Under the pieces are notes generated by a model, which saw only the letters and a program-made list of their open reading frames with translations, did not search any database and had not been told where the DNA came from. Below, piece after piece: positions 38,094 to 48,374 of a DNA stretch of 64,000 nucleotides (position 1 is the stretch's first letter; the number at the start of each line of letters is the position of its first letter). The position numbers and the translations under genes are program-made. Origin of the DNA: Candidatus Moraniibacteriota bacterium. GTDB lineage: Bacteria; Patescibacteriota; Minisyncoccia; Moranbacterales; UBA1568. The stretch lies in assembly GCA_028688415.1 (NCBI GenBank), contig JAQTYF010000001.1, forward strand, positions 80,627-144,626, given 5' to 3'.

Positions 38094-38654
38094 ATGCAGA
38101 CAGAAAAAACACCCCTGGAAGGAGTGATAATTATTACACCAGATATTTTTTCAGATGAACGAGGTTTTTTTGTGGAAACGTTTCAAGAAAAACGTTATCA
38201 GGAAATATTTGGTGCCGATGTGCATTTCGTACAGGACAATTTTTCTGCTTCCAAAAAAGGTGTGCTTCGAGGACTGCATTATCAGGCATCTCCATTTGCT
38301 CAAGCAAAACTTGTACAAGTAGTGAAAGGGAGGGTACTTGACGTAGCAGTCGATGTTCGTTTTGGATCGCCGACATTCGGACAATTTGTTTCTGTAGAAC
38401 TTTCAGAAGAAAATCACAAGCAATTTTTTATTCCTGCAGGTTTTGCTCACGGGTTTGTCGCTCTCGAAGATGATACATTGTTTCAATACAAATGTACGAA
38501 TGTTTATTCCAAAGAACATGAACGAGGAATTATCTGGAATGACAAAGCAATTGGGATAGAATGGGGTATAAAGCAACCTCTCGTTTCGGGAAAAGATAAT
38601 GAGCACCCGCTCCTTCAAGATATTGTACAAGATTTTGTATATCAGAAAAAATGA
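38094..38654 (+). CDS. rfbC: dTDP-4-dehydrorhamnose 3,5-epimerase
   Basis: 'TPLEGVIIITPDIFSDERGFFVETF' and the cupin core of RmlC. Confidence 0.9.
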   Translation: MQTEKTPLEGVIIITPDIFSDERGFFVETFQEKRYQEIFGADVHFVQDNFSASKKGVLRGLHYQASPFAQAKLVQVVKGRVLDVAVDVRFGSPTFGQFVSVELSEENHKQFFIPAGFAHGFVALEDDTLFQYKCTNVYSKEHERGIIWNDKAIGIEWGIKQPLVSGKDNEHPLLQDIVQDFVYQKK

Positions 38655-38703
38655 TAGGAAATATATTGAAACAATTTGTATAAGGAAAAGCATATTGAAA
38701 AAC

Positions 38704-38796
38704 ATCTGAAAATATCTTCAGAATGTTTTTTAGGAAACCATTGGGCGAAACCTCTTCGGACGGGTTTATCTAAAAATATTCTGAAGATATTTTCTT
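38704..38796 (+). repeat. Intergenic long inverted repeat between rfbC and rfbB
   Basis: Arms 'tctgaaaatatcttcagaatgttttt' and 'aaaaatattctgaagatattttct' (about 24 bp, 2 mismatches) flank a roughly 45-nt loop containing 'gaaacctcttcggacgggttt'. Confidence 0.5.
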
Positions 38797-38834
38797 TCTA
38801 TTAAGCATCGCATTTAATTTATCTCTTTCTTATT

Positions 38835-39812
38835 ATGAAAATACTTGTTACCGGAGGAGCTGGATTTATAGGGAGCAATTTTGTTCATCATATTCTGAAT
38901 ACCTATCCTCTTTATGAAGTCATCAATCTTGATGTACTGACATACGCAGGAAACCTAGAAAACCTGAAACAATGGGAAGATGATAAGCGATATCGTTTTG
39001 TGAAAGGGAGTATTACTGATTCGACCATCGTTGACCCTCTTGTAGCAGAATCTGACGTAATAGTGCATTTTGCAGCGGAATCACACGTGGATCGTTCTAT
39101 TACTGGGCCGGATGTTTTTATTGATACCAATATCAAAGGTACATTTACACTCCTCGAATCAGCCCGCAAACAGAACAAACGTTTCCACCATGTCTCTACT
39201 GATGAAGTATTTGGAGCGCTCGGACCAAATGATGCACCTTTTGATGAATCCACCCCGTATGATCCTCGAAGTCCGTATAGTGCTTCCAAGGCATCCTCTG
39301 ATCATCTCGTTCGTTCATATTTTCATACGTATGATCTTCCGGTGACGATTTCCAATTGTTCGAATAATTATGGCCCGTATCACTTTCCAGAAAAACTCAT
39401 TCCTCTTATTATTACCAATCTTCTCGAAAATAAAAAAATACCAGTTTATGGTGACGGACTACAGGTACGCGATTGGCTATACGTCGAGGATCACTGTAAG
39501 GCTATTGATCTCATTTTGCATCAGGGAAAAATCGGTGAAACATATTGTATCGGAGGGAATAGTGAACGAGAGAACATTTGGATTGTCAAGAAAGTGATTG
39601 AGCTGTTAGACAAAGACGAGAATATGATCGAATATGTGAAAGATCGTGCCGGACATGATCGGAGATATGCAATCAATTATTCTAAAATTGAGCGTGAGTT
39701 GGGCTGGCGCCCAGAGGTCAATTTGGAAGCCGGACTTCTAAAAACAGTGGAGTGGTTCAGAGAGCATGAAGCTTGGTGGAAAAACATCAAGTCTGGAAAT
39801 TATCAAAAATAG
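38835..39812 (+). CDS. rfbB: dTDP-glucose 4,6-dehydratase
   Basis: 'MKILVTGGAGFIGSNFV' Rossmann motif, 'YSASKAS' catalytic YxxxK. Confidence 0.95.
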   Translation: MKILVTGGAGFIGSNFVHHILNTYPLYEVINLDVLTYAGNLENLKQWEDDKRYRFVKGSITDSTIVDPLVAESDVIVHFAAESHVDRSITGPDVFIDTNIKGTFTLLESARKQNKRFHHVSTDEVFGALGPNDAPFDESTPYDPRSPYSASKASSDHLVRSYFHTYDLPVTISNCSNNYGPYHFPEKLIPLIITNLLENKKIPVYGDGLQVRDWLYVEDHCKAIDLILHQGKIGETYCIGGNSERENIWIVKKVIELLDKDENMIEYVKDRAGHDRRYAINYSKIERELGWRPEVNLEAGLLKTVEWFREHEAWWKNIKSGNYQK

Positions 39813-39893
39813 TATTAGCAGTACTTACAAAAAATGATAAAAAAGAAGTGATCGGAGCAGTTGCTGCCAATCACTTTTTTTATGTACGATCAG

Positions 39894-40223
39894 TCAGTCA
39901 ATGAGCTGACAAATATCGTATGGAAAGCGAGAAACAATAGGATGAAGACGTCTCCATTGTTCTGCTATTTCATTTTTATCGAGGTATACCAAGACCTCAG
40001 TAACGGTTATGGTAGGGACTGCAAAACCATTTGGATTATTTCTGTCCCTCCAGTCACCACCGTCTGGATTTTCAGAAGGCAACGGAAAAATGATACCAAT
40101 CCATTGCCTATAGAACAACTCCCCCGGAACATTTCTTGGAGGTATGTCAATAATTTTTATTTTCACTATTTCTCCTTTCGATGTGGTGTTGTAGATATGC
40201 ATCCGTTTATGCAATGTGTGCAT
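39894..40223 (-). CDS. Hypothetical protein (109 aa), - strand
   Basis: Convergent with rfbB. A bidirectional terminator-like hairpin 'gaagtgat...atcactttttttt' lies in the 82-nt gap. No domain recognised. Confidence 0.4.
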   Translation of the reverse strand: MHTLHKRMHIYNTTSKGEIVKIKIIDIPPRNVPGELFYRQWIGIIFPLPSENPDGGDWRDRNNPNGFAVPTITVTEVLVYLDKNEIAEQWRRLHPIVSRFPYDICQLID

Positions 40224-40326
40224 TTTAACACTGCCTTATTTTTTGTAAAGTACTGGTGCTCTATTTCCTCAAAAAGCTCTTTTTTGTTAAAATATAAAAA
40301 GAAGGTATTTTTAGATATATATAAAT

Positions 40327-41196
40327 ATGATGACTACAAAGGTTCTGATCCTTGGGGCAAAGGGGATGCTCGGACAAGAATTGGTTGATGTTTTCTCTCA
40401 GGATGAAAAGTATACGGTGACGAGTTGGGATTTCGAAGATATTGATGTGACTGATTTTGTCTCAGCAGAAGAGAAGATTCGTTCTTTCGCGTCAGATATT
40501 ATTGTTAATGCAGTTGCATACAACGCTGTTGATAAATGTGAAGAGAGTGATGAAGAATATGAGAAAGCAATGATGCTCAATGCTCTCGTGCCGAAATTTC
40601 TCGCGCATCTTGCTCAGACATTGGACAATATTTTTGTACATTATTCTACTGACTATGTATTTGATGGAACGAATCAATCGGGTTATGCTGAGAATGCTCT
40701 TCCTCAGCCTCTTTCACGGTATGGTATGAGTAAAAGAATGGGAGAAGAAAATGTACTTGCCGTAGATGGGAAAAATTATATCATCCGACTTTCCAAGCTT
40801 TTCGGGAAACCGGCAATTAGTACTATCGCCAAAAAGAGCTTTTTTGATGTGATGTTACAAATTGCCAAGACAAAAGAACGAGTACAGGCAGTTGATGATG
40901 AGAAGAGTTGTTTCACTTATGCTCCAGATCTTGCTCAGGAAACGAAGGCTCTTCTGGAAGATAGGGCTCCCTGGGGGATTTATCATTTACCCAATAGTGA
41001 TGATGTAACGTGGTATGAGGCCGTACAAGAGCTCTATACACAAGCCAAAATTGGGGTTACAATACAACCTGTAGGCAGTGATGCCTTTCCTCGTCCTGCC
41101 AGGCGCCCACAATATTCGAAACTTCTCAATACCAAGCGCGTACCGCTTCGATCATACAAAGAAGCGTTGCAAGCATATCTCGCACATATGGAATAA
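40327..41196 (+). CDS. rfbD: dTDP-4-dehydrorhamnose reductase
   Basis: 'KVLILGAKGMLGQELV' and overall RmlD similarity. Confidence 0.85.
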   Translation: MMTTKVLILGAKGMLGQELVDVFSQDEKYTVTSWDFEDIDVTDFVSAEEKIRSFASDIIVNAVAYNAVDKCEESDEEYEKAMMLNALVPKFLAHLAQTLDNIFVHYSTDYVFDGTNQSGYAENALPQPLSRYGMSKRMGEENVLAVDGKNYIIRLSKLFGKPAISTIAKKSFFDVMLQIAKTKERVQAVDDEKSCFTYAPDLAQETKALLEDRAPWGIYHLPNSDDVTWYEAVQELYTQAKIGVTIQPVGSDAFPRPARRPQYSKLLNTKRVPLRSYKEALQAYLAHME

Positions 41197-41252
41197 AATT
41201 TTCAATACGGAGTTTGATACAATACAATACACTGAAAATTTACTGTAATACT

Positions 41253-42497
41253 ATGATGAAATATACGACTATCAAAAAACAAGATGCAAAAGTGTACGAC
41301 GCGCTGATGGGTGAGACGAAGAGGCAAGAAGAAGGTTTTGAAATGATTGCTTCAGAGAACTACGTCTCCCTCTCTGTATTAGAAGCTATTGGTACAGTTT
41401 TCACAAACAAATATTCCGAAGGCTATCCAGGCCGTCGTTATTATGGTGGTCAGGAGTTTACTGATATTGTCGAAACACTCGCCATCGAACGTGCAAAAAA
41501 ATTGTTCGGAGCAGAGCATGCGAATGTCCAGCCTCACGCTGGTGCTCCAGCCAATCTCGCGGCATATTCCGCCATCCTCAAGCCAGGAGATGTTGTCCTT
41601 GGTATGGACCTCTCTCACGGAGGGCATCTCACTCATGGTCATCCTCTCACTTTGCCTGCACAGATCTATCGATTTGTGGGATACAAAACAGAAGCAGACG
41701 GCACTATCGATTATCGTAAACTCGAAGCTCTCGCCAAGCAGGAGAAACCAAAACTTATTTTGGCAGGATTTTCCTCATACACACGACAACTCGATTATGA
41801 AAAAATTACGGCTATTGCCAAGAAAGTTGGCGCTTATTCAATGATGGATATGGCTCACATTGCAGGTTTGGTAGCGGGCAAGGTAGTTCCGAGTCCTGTA
41901 CCGTATTTTGATATCGTGACGACAACGACACACAAGACACTTCGTGGTCCTCGAGGAGGGATGATTCTTTGTAAAGCAGAATTGGCAAAACAGATAGATA
42001 GGGCAGTGTTCCCAGGACTTCAGGGTGGACCACTTATGAATACTATTATGGCCAAAGCGGTAGCTTTTGAAGAAGCGCTCCAGCCAGCTTTCAAAAAATA
42101 TGCGAAGCAAATACTGAAGAATGCAAAGACGCTCGAAAAAGAAATGCGGAAATATGATGCAGTCCTTCTTTTCGGTGGAACTGAGAATCATATGATTATG
42201 CTTGATACGGTGAAAAGTTATGGGATTTCAGGGAAGGAAGCAGAGAAATTTCTCGATATTGTGGGTATTACTGTGAACAAAAATGTGATTCCTGATGATC
42301 CTCGCGGACCGATGGACCCGAGTGGTATCCGTGTCGGCGTGCCTGCTGTGACCACTCGCGGATTGAAAGAGAAAGAAATAAAAATGATTGCGAAGTGTAT
42401 TCATTTTACACTTTCTTCTGGTGGAGATACTGAGGTGCTTTCTAGTATACGTACGACCGTGAAAAAACTCTGTCGTCAGTTTCCTGTGTATCGCTAG
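41253..42497 (+). CDS. glyA: Serine hydroxymethyltransferase
   Basis: 'MIASENYVSLSVLEAIGTVFTNKYSEGYPGRRYYGG', PLP lysine region 'TTTTHKTLRGPRGG'. Start moved to the Met at 41253. Confidence 0.95.
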   Translation: MMKYTTIKKQDAKVYDALMGETKRQEEGFEMIASENYVSLSVLEAIGTVFTNKYSEGYPGRRYYGGQEFTDIVETLAIERAKKLFGAEHANVQPHAGAPANLAAYSAILKPGDVVLGMDLSHGGHLTHGHPLTLPAQIYRFVGYKTEADGTIDYRKLEALAKQEKPKLILAGFSSYTRQLDYEKITAIAKKVGAYSMMDMAHIAGLVAGKVVPSPVPYFDIVTTTTHKTLRGPRGGMILCKAELAKQIDRAVFPGLQGGPLMNTIMAKAVAFEEALQPAFKKYAKQILKNAKTLEKEMRKYDAVLLFGGTENHMIMLDTVKSYGISGKEAEKFLDIVGITVNKNVIPDDPRGPMDPSGIRVGVPAVTTRGLKEKEIKMIAKCIHFTLSSGGDTEVLSSIRTTVKKLCRQFPVYR

Positions 42498-42522
42498 GCA
42501 TGTAATTGTTAATGAAGATTCT

Positions 42523-43317
42523 ATGAAAGGTATTATTCTTGCAGGAGGGACAGGCACGAGACTTCTTCCTTTGACTGCTGTCACTTCCAAACAGCTCTTG
42601 CCAGTCTATGATAGACCGATGATTTTCTATCCACTCAACACACTTATCAGTGCTGGTATCAAAGATATTCTCATCATCGTTGCACCAGATCATTCGGGGC
42701 ATTTCCTTAATCTGCTCGGTTCAATGTTTCATAAGTTTGGTATCAATATTTCTTTTATTGTACAGAAACAGCCTCGTGGTTTAGCAGAAGCATTTATTCT
42801 TGCTGAGGATTTCATCGATGGAGAATCGACGACGCTTATTCTTGGTGATAACATTTTTGAAGATGATTTTACGGAAGCGATTCAATCATTTACTGCTGGT
42901 GGACGTATTTTTGCAAAACACGTTTCAGATCCAGAGAGATTTGGTGTTGTAGAATTTGATGAGAAGAATGAAGTAATTTCTATCGAAGAAAAACCGAAAA
43001 TGCCCAAGAGTTCTTTTGCTATACCAGGGATTTATATTTTTGACAAGGAAGTAGTAGAAGTAGCAAAATCTATCGTACCGTCAGAACGTGGAGAACTCGA
43101 AATTACTGATGTGCACAAATATTATTTGAAGAAAAAAAAGCTTGATGTGAGAGTGATAGAAGGAGCATATTTCGATACTGGTACACACGAGTCACTTTTC
43201 GAAGCAAGTAATTATGTGAGAGAGCACGATTTTCGGAGTCGTTTCCATCCGATGGTCAATGATGCAATTACTGAGTTTAATACAGAGTTTAAGAAAACTG
43301 TTTCCCTTAAAAAATAA
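42523..43317 (+). CDS. rfbA: Glucose-1-phosphate thymidylyltransferase
   Basis: 'MKGIILAGGTGTRLLPLT' nucleotidyltransferase motif, 'LGDNIF'. Confidence 0.9.
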   Translation: MKGIILAGGTGTRLLPLTAVTSKQLLPVYDRPMIFYPLNTLISAGIKDILIIVAPDHSGHFLNLLGSMFHKFGINISFIVQKQPRGLAEAFILAEDFIDGESTTLILGDNIFEDDFTEAIQSFTAGGRIFAKHVSDPERFGVVEFDEKNEVISIEEKPKMPKSSFAIPGIYIFDKEVVEVAKSIVPSERGELEITDVHKYYLKKKKLDVRVIEGAYFDTGTHESLFEASNYVREHDFRSRFHPMVNDAITEFNTEFKKTVSLKK

Positions 43318-43331
43318 TTTTCTACACATAT

Positions 43332-44219
43332 ATGGATAATGCAACGCCGAGAAAAATCAAAAAAGCCATTCTTCCTGTTGCTGGTTTTGGAACACGTTTT
43401 TTGCCTGCGACCAAGGCTCAACCAAAAGAAATGCTCCCAGTTGTTGATAAACCTGTCGTACAATATTTGGTTGAAGAGGCAGTTGCATCAGGAATCGAAG
43501 AAATTATTTTTGTGACTGGTCGTGGCAAAAGAGCTATTGAAGATCATTTTGATATTTCATATGAACTCGAAGATACCCTCGTGGAGAAAAATAAACACGA
43601 TTTACTCGAAGTAGTACAAAAAATATCGACACTTGCAAAGTTCTCTTATGTGAGACAGCCTATTCCGCTCGGTGATGGACATGCTCTTCTCCAGGCCGCC
43701 CATCTGATCGATGATGATGAATCGGTACTCGTGATATTTGGTGATTGTATCTACGATAGCAATGTTCCTGCTGCCAAACAGCTCATCGATGCGTATGCGC
43801 AATATCAGACACCAATTATAGGACTTTCAGAAGTGGCACTCGAGGATGTATCAAAGTTCGGTGTTGTCGCAGGGGAAAAAGTGAGTGACAATGATTGGAA
43901 AGTGACACGTATCGTCGAAAAACCAAATCCAGAAGATGCTCCGAGTCGACTCGTGGCTGTGGGAAAATATATTATTACTCACGATGTTTTTCAAACACTC
44001 GCCAGTATGGAATCAGGAAAATCAGGTGAGATTCGTCTCGCCGATGCCTTTGATGTCATGCTGGAAAAAGGTCTGCCAATACATGGACGAACACTCGAAG
44101 GAGAATGGCTCGATACAGGAGACAAATTCAACTTCCTCAAAACAACGATTCATTTCGGATTAAAACATCCTGAAATAGGAGAAAAATTCCGTGCATATCT
44201 GAAAGGTCTTTCACTGTAA
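43332..44219 (+). CDS. galU: UTP--glucose-1-phosphate uridylyltransferase
   Basis: 'KAILPVAGFGTRFLPATKAQPKEMLPVVDKP' and 'VEKP' motifs typical of GalU. Confidence 0.9.
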   Translation: MDNATPRKIKKAILPVAGFGTRFLPATKAQPKEMLPVVDKPVVQYLVEEAVASGIEEIIFVTGRGKRAIEDHFDISYELEDTLVEKNKHDLLEVVQKISTLAKFSYVRQPIPLGDGHALLQAAHLIDDDESVLVIFGDCIYDSNVPAAKQLIDAYAQYQTPIIGLSEVALEDVSKFGVVAGEKVSDNDWKVTRIVEKPNPEDAPSRLVAVGKYIITHDVFQTLASMESGKSGEIRLADAFDVMLEKGLPIHGRTLEGEWLDTGDKFNFLKTTIHFGLKHPEIGEKFRAYLKGLSL

Positions 44220-44269
44220 AGAGATTACCGACATTTTTGACGCATTAAATACTTGAATACTGGTAAGTT

Positions 44270-44983
44270 ATGTATTGGATATATCTCGCAATCTTTATTT
44301 TTATTGTTTTCGTTCCAAAAATTATCCAAACAGGCTACTTTTTCTTTCAAGAGGAAGACATTGAGTCGCTTATTCTTTTCTTTTTTGGTATTTTTATTTT
44401 CATTCTTTATTTTTCCAAAGAAAGGACTTTGCTCCATGTTTTTCAAGAAAAACTCCATCTGCAGAAAAAAACCAACATCGTTACCAAGGATCTTTCTGAT
44501 TCGTATTCTTATATAGGGGGACTTAACAGAAAGTTTGATATCGTAAAAGATTTCATCTTTCATATTCCGGAAGATACTGCGGATGTACTCCTCTCAAAAA
44601 AACAAGAAACGTATCGATCAGTGTTGAACACTGTAAAAATCCTCGCAAAGTCAAAGTCGATATCGCTTCGTTTTGTAAATGTGAAGAAGAAAACAATTGA
44701 AACAGTGGTGGAGGTTGGAAAAAATGACGAATTCCATCTTTTCACGGCACAGGTACTTTTGAAGTCCAAAAAGAAATCTCTAGAAAAAAATGGTTACGCT
44801 ATTGTGCAATCACCTTCTCTCGCGCACAGTATGACTGCCTTCCTTATTTTTCCGAAGCTCACCAATCAGATAGAGGATGTAGAAATGTTCAAGATTCTTG
44901 CATCACAAGCACTTCTTTTATTCTGTATAAACAAATATATTCTTCCGAATAACGACACCCTCCCTCCCACCAAGAAAAAATAA
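44270..44983 (+). CDS. Hypothetical membrane protein
   Basis: Two N-terminal hydrophobic helices then a soluble domain. No motif recognised. Confidence 0.4.
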   Translation: MYWIYLAIFIFIVFVPKIIQTGYFFFQEEDIESLILFFFGIFIFILYFSKERTLLHVFQEKLHLQKKTNIVTKDLSDSYSYIGGLNRKFDIVKDFIFHIPEDTADVLLSKKQETYRSVLNTVKILAKSKSISLRFVNVKKKTIETVVEVGKNDEFHLFTAQVLLKSKKKSLEKNGYAIVQSPSLAHSMTAFLIFPKLTNQIEDVEMFKILASQALLLFCINKYILPNNDTLPPTKKK

Positions 44984-45006
44984 TTATCAAAAGAGCGTAC
45001 TGAAAT

Positions 45007-46170
45007 ATGAAAATAGGTATAGATGCCAGGTTCTATGGCTCCATTGGGAAAGGACTCGGTCGTTATACGGAAAAACTTATCGAGTATCTTGAGCGAGTGG
45101 ATTCAGAAAACGATTACGTCGTTTTTTTGTTGCCAGAAAATTTTGATGAGTACATTCCGAAAAATGTACGTTTTCAGAAAGTTCTCTCACGGTATCCATG
45201 GTATGGTTTCTCAGAACAGTTTTTCTTTCCTTTTCAGCTTCTTTCGTATCATTTTGATCTCATGCACTTCCCTCATTTCAATGTCCCTATTCTGTATTGG
45301 AAGAAATTTGTCGTGACCATCCATGATTTGATACTTCTTCATTATCCGACAGCAGAGAATACTACCCGTTCACGATTTTTCTACGCAATGAAATTTATCG
45401 CATATCGTTTTGTGATTGCGTGTGCCGTATATCGATCCCATCATATTATCACTGTCTCTGCTTTTACGAAGGAGGATATCATTGCTACCTATCCCTCAAC
45501 ACAGAAGAAAATATCAGTGACGTATGAAGCAACGGATGAATGGTGTCAATTTCTTCTAAGAGAACAAGAATTAAAGTTATTTCGAACATTTGATTTACTG
45601 AAGTCTGATGTATCGGAAGAGCCTCTATCCAAACAGGTGAAATCGTATGTGCTCTATGTCGGCAATGCGTATCCGCATAAAAATCTGGATATATTCCTTG
45701 AACTTTCACCACGATTTCCAGAACAACTCTTTGTGCTCGTTGGAAAAGAAGATTTCTTCTATAAACGTCTTAAAAAAAGAGTGCAGGATAGACGTATTCA
45801 AAACATTCTTTTTCTTGGTTTCGTCGATGATTGGCAACTGAATACACTCTATCGTTTCGCTTCTTGTTATTTTTTCCCATCACTGTATGAGGGTTTCGGA
45901 CTCCCTCCTCTTGAAGCAATGGCACGAGGAATACCAGTACTTTCTTCTTCTCGAGGATCTCTCCCTGAGATTTTAGGCAATGCCGCACTTTATTTTGACC
46001 CCGATAGAGTAGATGATGGAGAGAAGAAACTTACAGAAATCCTTATTTCTGATACACTACGTATGAAGTGTATACGTCTGGGATATGCACATATCAGGCA
46101 ATACAGTTTTGATCGCATGGCAAGAGAAACGCGAGACGTGTATGAACGGAGTATAAAAAACAAACAGTAA
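45007..46170 (+). CDS. Family 4 (GT-B) glycosyltransferase
   Basis: '[20 protein letters not shown]' GT4 E-x7-E region. Confidence 0.8.
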   Translation: MKIGIDARFYGSIGKGLGRYTEKLIEYLERVDSENDYVVFLLPENFDEYIPKNVRFQKVLSRYPWYGFSEQFFFPFQLLSYHFDLMHFPHFNVPILYWKKFVVTIHDLILLHYPTAENTTRSRFFYAMKFIAYRFVIACAVYRSHHIITVSAFTKEDIIATYPSTQKKISVTYEATDEWCQFLLREQELKLFRTFDLLKSDVSEEPLSKQVKSYVLYVGNAYPHKNLDIFLELSPRFPEQLFVLVGKEDFFYKRLKKRVQDRRIQNILFLGFVDDWQLNTLYRFASCYFFPSLYEGFGLPPLEAMARGIPVLSSSRGSLPEILGNAALYFDPDRVDDGEKKLTEILISDTLRMKCIRLGYAHIRQYSFDRMARETRDVYERSIKNKQ

Positions 46171-46179
46171 AAAAGTGTT

Positions 46180-48360
46180 ATGGCGTTTCTTCCTCATCGA
46201 CAGTCATCACGTTTTTCTGATATCCGATCGGTCACGCCATCATCGGAGTTTATGTCGACCAAGAAATACCCGTTGTATACAAAACCACTTTCAAAACAAT
46301 TCTCAAAGGAGAATATTTTGTATACTCCGATATCTTCTGCATCAATAATTGCTCGAAAGGAAAAACAAGAAGAACAAGGAAAGATATTAAGAAAGAAACG
46401 AAAAATTTTTCTTCAAATCGCTATCGTGATGGTGATTATTTTTTCGATATATGGTATTGTTCACAAAATTTCTGATACTGAACAAAAAGTATTAGCAGAT
46501 GGTGAAACAGGTTTTCGATCCCTTTTATTTGCTGTTGAAAATATCAAATCTGGAGAGTTTGATAAAGCACATCAATCGTTTGAGAATGCATATCAGGCAT
46601 TTTCGAGAGGAGAAAAACGTCTTTTGTGGTTTGGTGGTTCGATGCTTCGGTTGACGAGATTCGTCCCAGGACTGTCTCAGGTGGCAAGTGGTTCGTATGT
46701 GCTCGAATCAGGAAAGCATTTTTCTCTGGCTGGTATTTCGTCAGTCGCTATTATTGAAGAACTGTTTCTTTCCAAAGAGGCCTCGGCCCAAGGAGAGAAA
46801 GTATCTTGGCTTGATTTTTTCTCTCGTGTCGAGAAACCCTTGGAGGACATATTGGCAGAGCTTACTTTGGGTAACCAGTCTATCGAAAAAGTCCATCTCG
46901 ATGATATCCCAGAAGAAAAGCGCGAACAATTTCTTTTGGCACGAAAGAGTCTACCGACCACTATCGGATTGATAAAAAGTGTTCATCAAAACAAAGCGAT
47001 TATTCAGGAATTGCTCGGAGGCAATGGTCCTCGCAAGTATCTTTTTTTGTTGCAGAATAATCAAGAATTACGAGCCACAGGAGGATTTATCGGAACGTAT
47101 GCACTCATGGATATACAGACTGGTTCCGTCAAACAATTTTTTGTGGATGGTATTTTCAATCCCGATGGACAGTTGAAAGAAAATATTGTCCCACCAAAAC
47201 CCATACAAAAGATCAGTGCTGCGTGGAGTCTCCATGATAGCAATTGGTTTCCTGATTTCCCGACATCAGCAGAAAAGGCAATCTTTTTTTATGAAAAAAC
47301 AGGTGGTCCAACAGTAGATGGAGTGATTACTCTGACACCGACAGTGATGCAAAAATTATTGGTTGTGACAGGCCCGATCACTCTGCCTCAATACGGAATT
47401 ACTGTTGATGCAGAGAACTTCATCCCTATTATTCAGGAACAAGTAGAAACAAAATATGATAAGGAAGAAAATCAACCAAAAAAAGTATTAGCAGACCTGA
47501 CGGCATTATTAGTCGAGACCGTACTTGCTTCTCAAGACAAAGAGACGCTGTATGGCATGATGAGCGCTCTTACTGAGGGTTTGAATGAGAAGCAGATACT
47601 TATCTATATGCGCCATGCGGAAACAGAAGCGTTGATAGATGAGGCTGGTTGGTCTGGTCGCATACTTTCAACTGAGAAAGATTATCTAAGTGTCGTGCAT
47701 TCGAATATCAATGGATACAAGACAGACGGTGTGATAGACGAAACGATTCACCACAGCGCCGAGATACAGGAGAATGGTTCTATCATAGATACTGTTACGA
47801 TCACGCGTATTCATAAGGGAGGGGATACCCCGTATGATTGGTGGAACAAAGTAAATGCTGATTATATGCGAGTGTATGTACCAGAAGGATCGACACTGTT
47901 GTCTGCCAAGGGTTCCACATGGGAATTTGGAGAGGATCCACTTGATTACAAAGCACTTGGTTTCCGTGTCGACGTTGATGTGGAACGTGAGGAAAAATCG
48001 ATTACTGTCGATGAGAAAACGGGGACGAGAATATATTCCGAGGCAGGAAAAACAGTTTTTGGAGGATGGGTATATGTGAGTCCTCAAGAATCAGTAGTCG
48101 TGGAATATCGGTATCTGTTGCCTTTCACTCTCGATATGTCGAATATTCAAAACGGAGGAGTGGATTCATACACGACACTTTTTCAGAAACAATCAGGATC
48201 GATCGGAAGTAAACTTCTTCTTTCTGTGCATTTTCCGAATACGATAGAGCCTGTTTGGCAGACGGGCGGGAATTTGATACCGTATAATAGACAATGGAAA
48301 TGGGAAACCAATCTCAAGACTGATGTATTCTCTGGTATGGTTTTCAATGCTAAAAAATAA
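46180..48360 (+). CDS. Large membrane-anchored extracytoplasmic protein (DUF4012-like; assignment from memory)
   Basis: Single TM (IAIVMVIIFSIYGIV) near the N-terminus. Segment 'LLQNNQELRATGGFIGTYALMD' resembles the E-L-R-x-T-G-G-F-I-G core I associate with DUF4012. 726 aa. Confidence 0.5.
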   Translation: MAFLPHRQSSRFSDIRSVTPSSEFMSTKKYPLYTKPLSKQFSKENILYTPISSASIIARKEKQEEQGKILRKKRKIFLQIAIVMVIIFSIYGIVHKISDTEQKVLADGETGFRSLLFAVENIKSGEFDKAHQSFENAYQAFSRGEKRLLWFGGSMLRLTRFVPGLSQVASGSYVLESGKHFSLAGISSVAIIEELFLSKEASAQGEKVSWLDFFSRVEKPLEDILAELTLGNQSIEKVHLDDIPEEKREQFLLARKSLPTTIGLIKSVHQNKAIIQELLGGNGPRKYLFLLQNNQELRATGGFIGTYALMDIQTGSVKQFFVDGIFNPDGQLKENIVPPKPIQKISAAWSLHDSNWFPDFPTSAEKAIFFYEKTGGPTVDGVITLTPTVMQKLLVVTGPITLPQYGITVDAENFIPIIQEQVETKYDKEENQPKKVLADLTALLVETVLASQDKETLYGMMSALTEGLNEKQILIYMRHAETEALIDEAGWSGRILSTEKDYLSVVHSNINGYKTDGVIDETIHHSAEIQENGSIIDTVTITRIHKGGDTPYDWWNKVNADYMRVYVPEGSTLLSAKGSTWEFGEDPLDYKALGFRVDVDVEREEKSITVDEKTGTRIYSEAGKTVFGGWVYVSPQESVVVEYRYLLPFTLDMSNIQNGGVDSYTTLFQKQSGSIGSKLLLSVHFPNTIEPVWQTGGNLIPYNRQWKWETNLKTDVFSGMVFNAKK

Positions 48361-48374
48361 CTTTCTCAATATTC

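Noticed and set aside
39861-40388. 175-aa + strand ORF overlapping the - strand hypothetical gene and the rfbD promoter region.
   Set aside because: Low-complexity and odd composition. It runs through the intergenic promoter region into rfbD in another frame. The convergent-terminator geometry favours the - strand ORF instead, though that too is weak.
44225-44563. 112-aa - strand Lys/Asn-rich ORF at the galU to membrane-protein junction.
   Set aside because: It overlaps the start of the + strand membrane protein gene and is AT-rich low complexity, so it is likely spurious.
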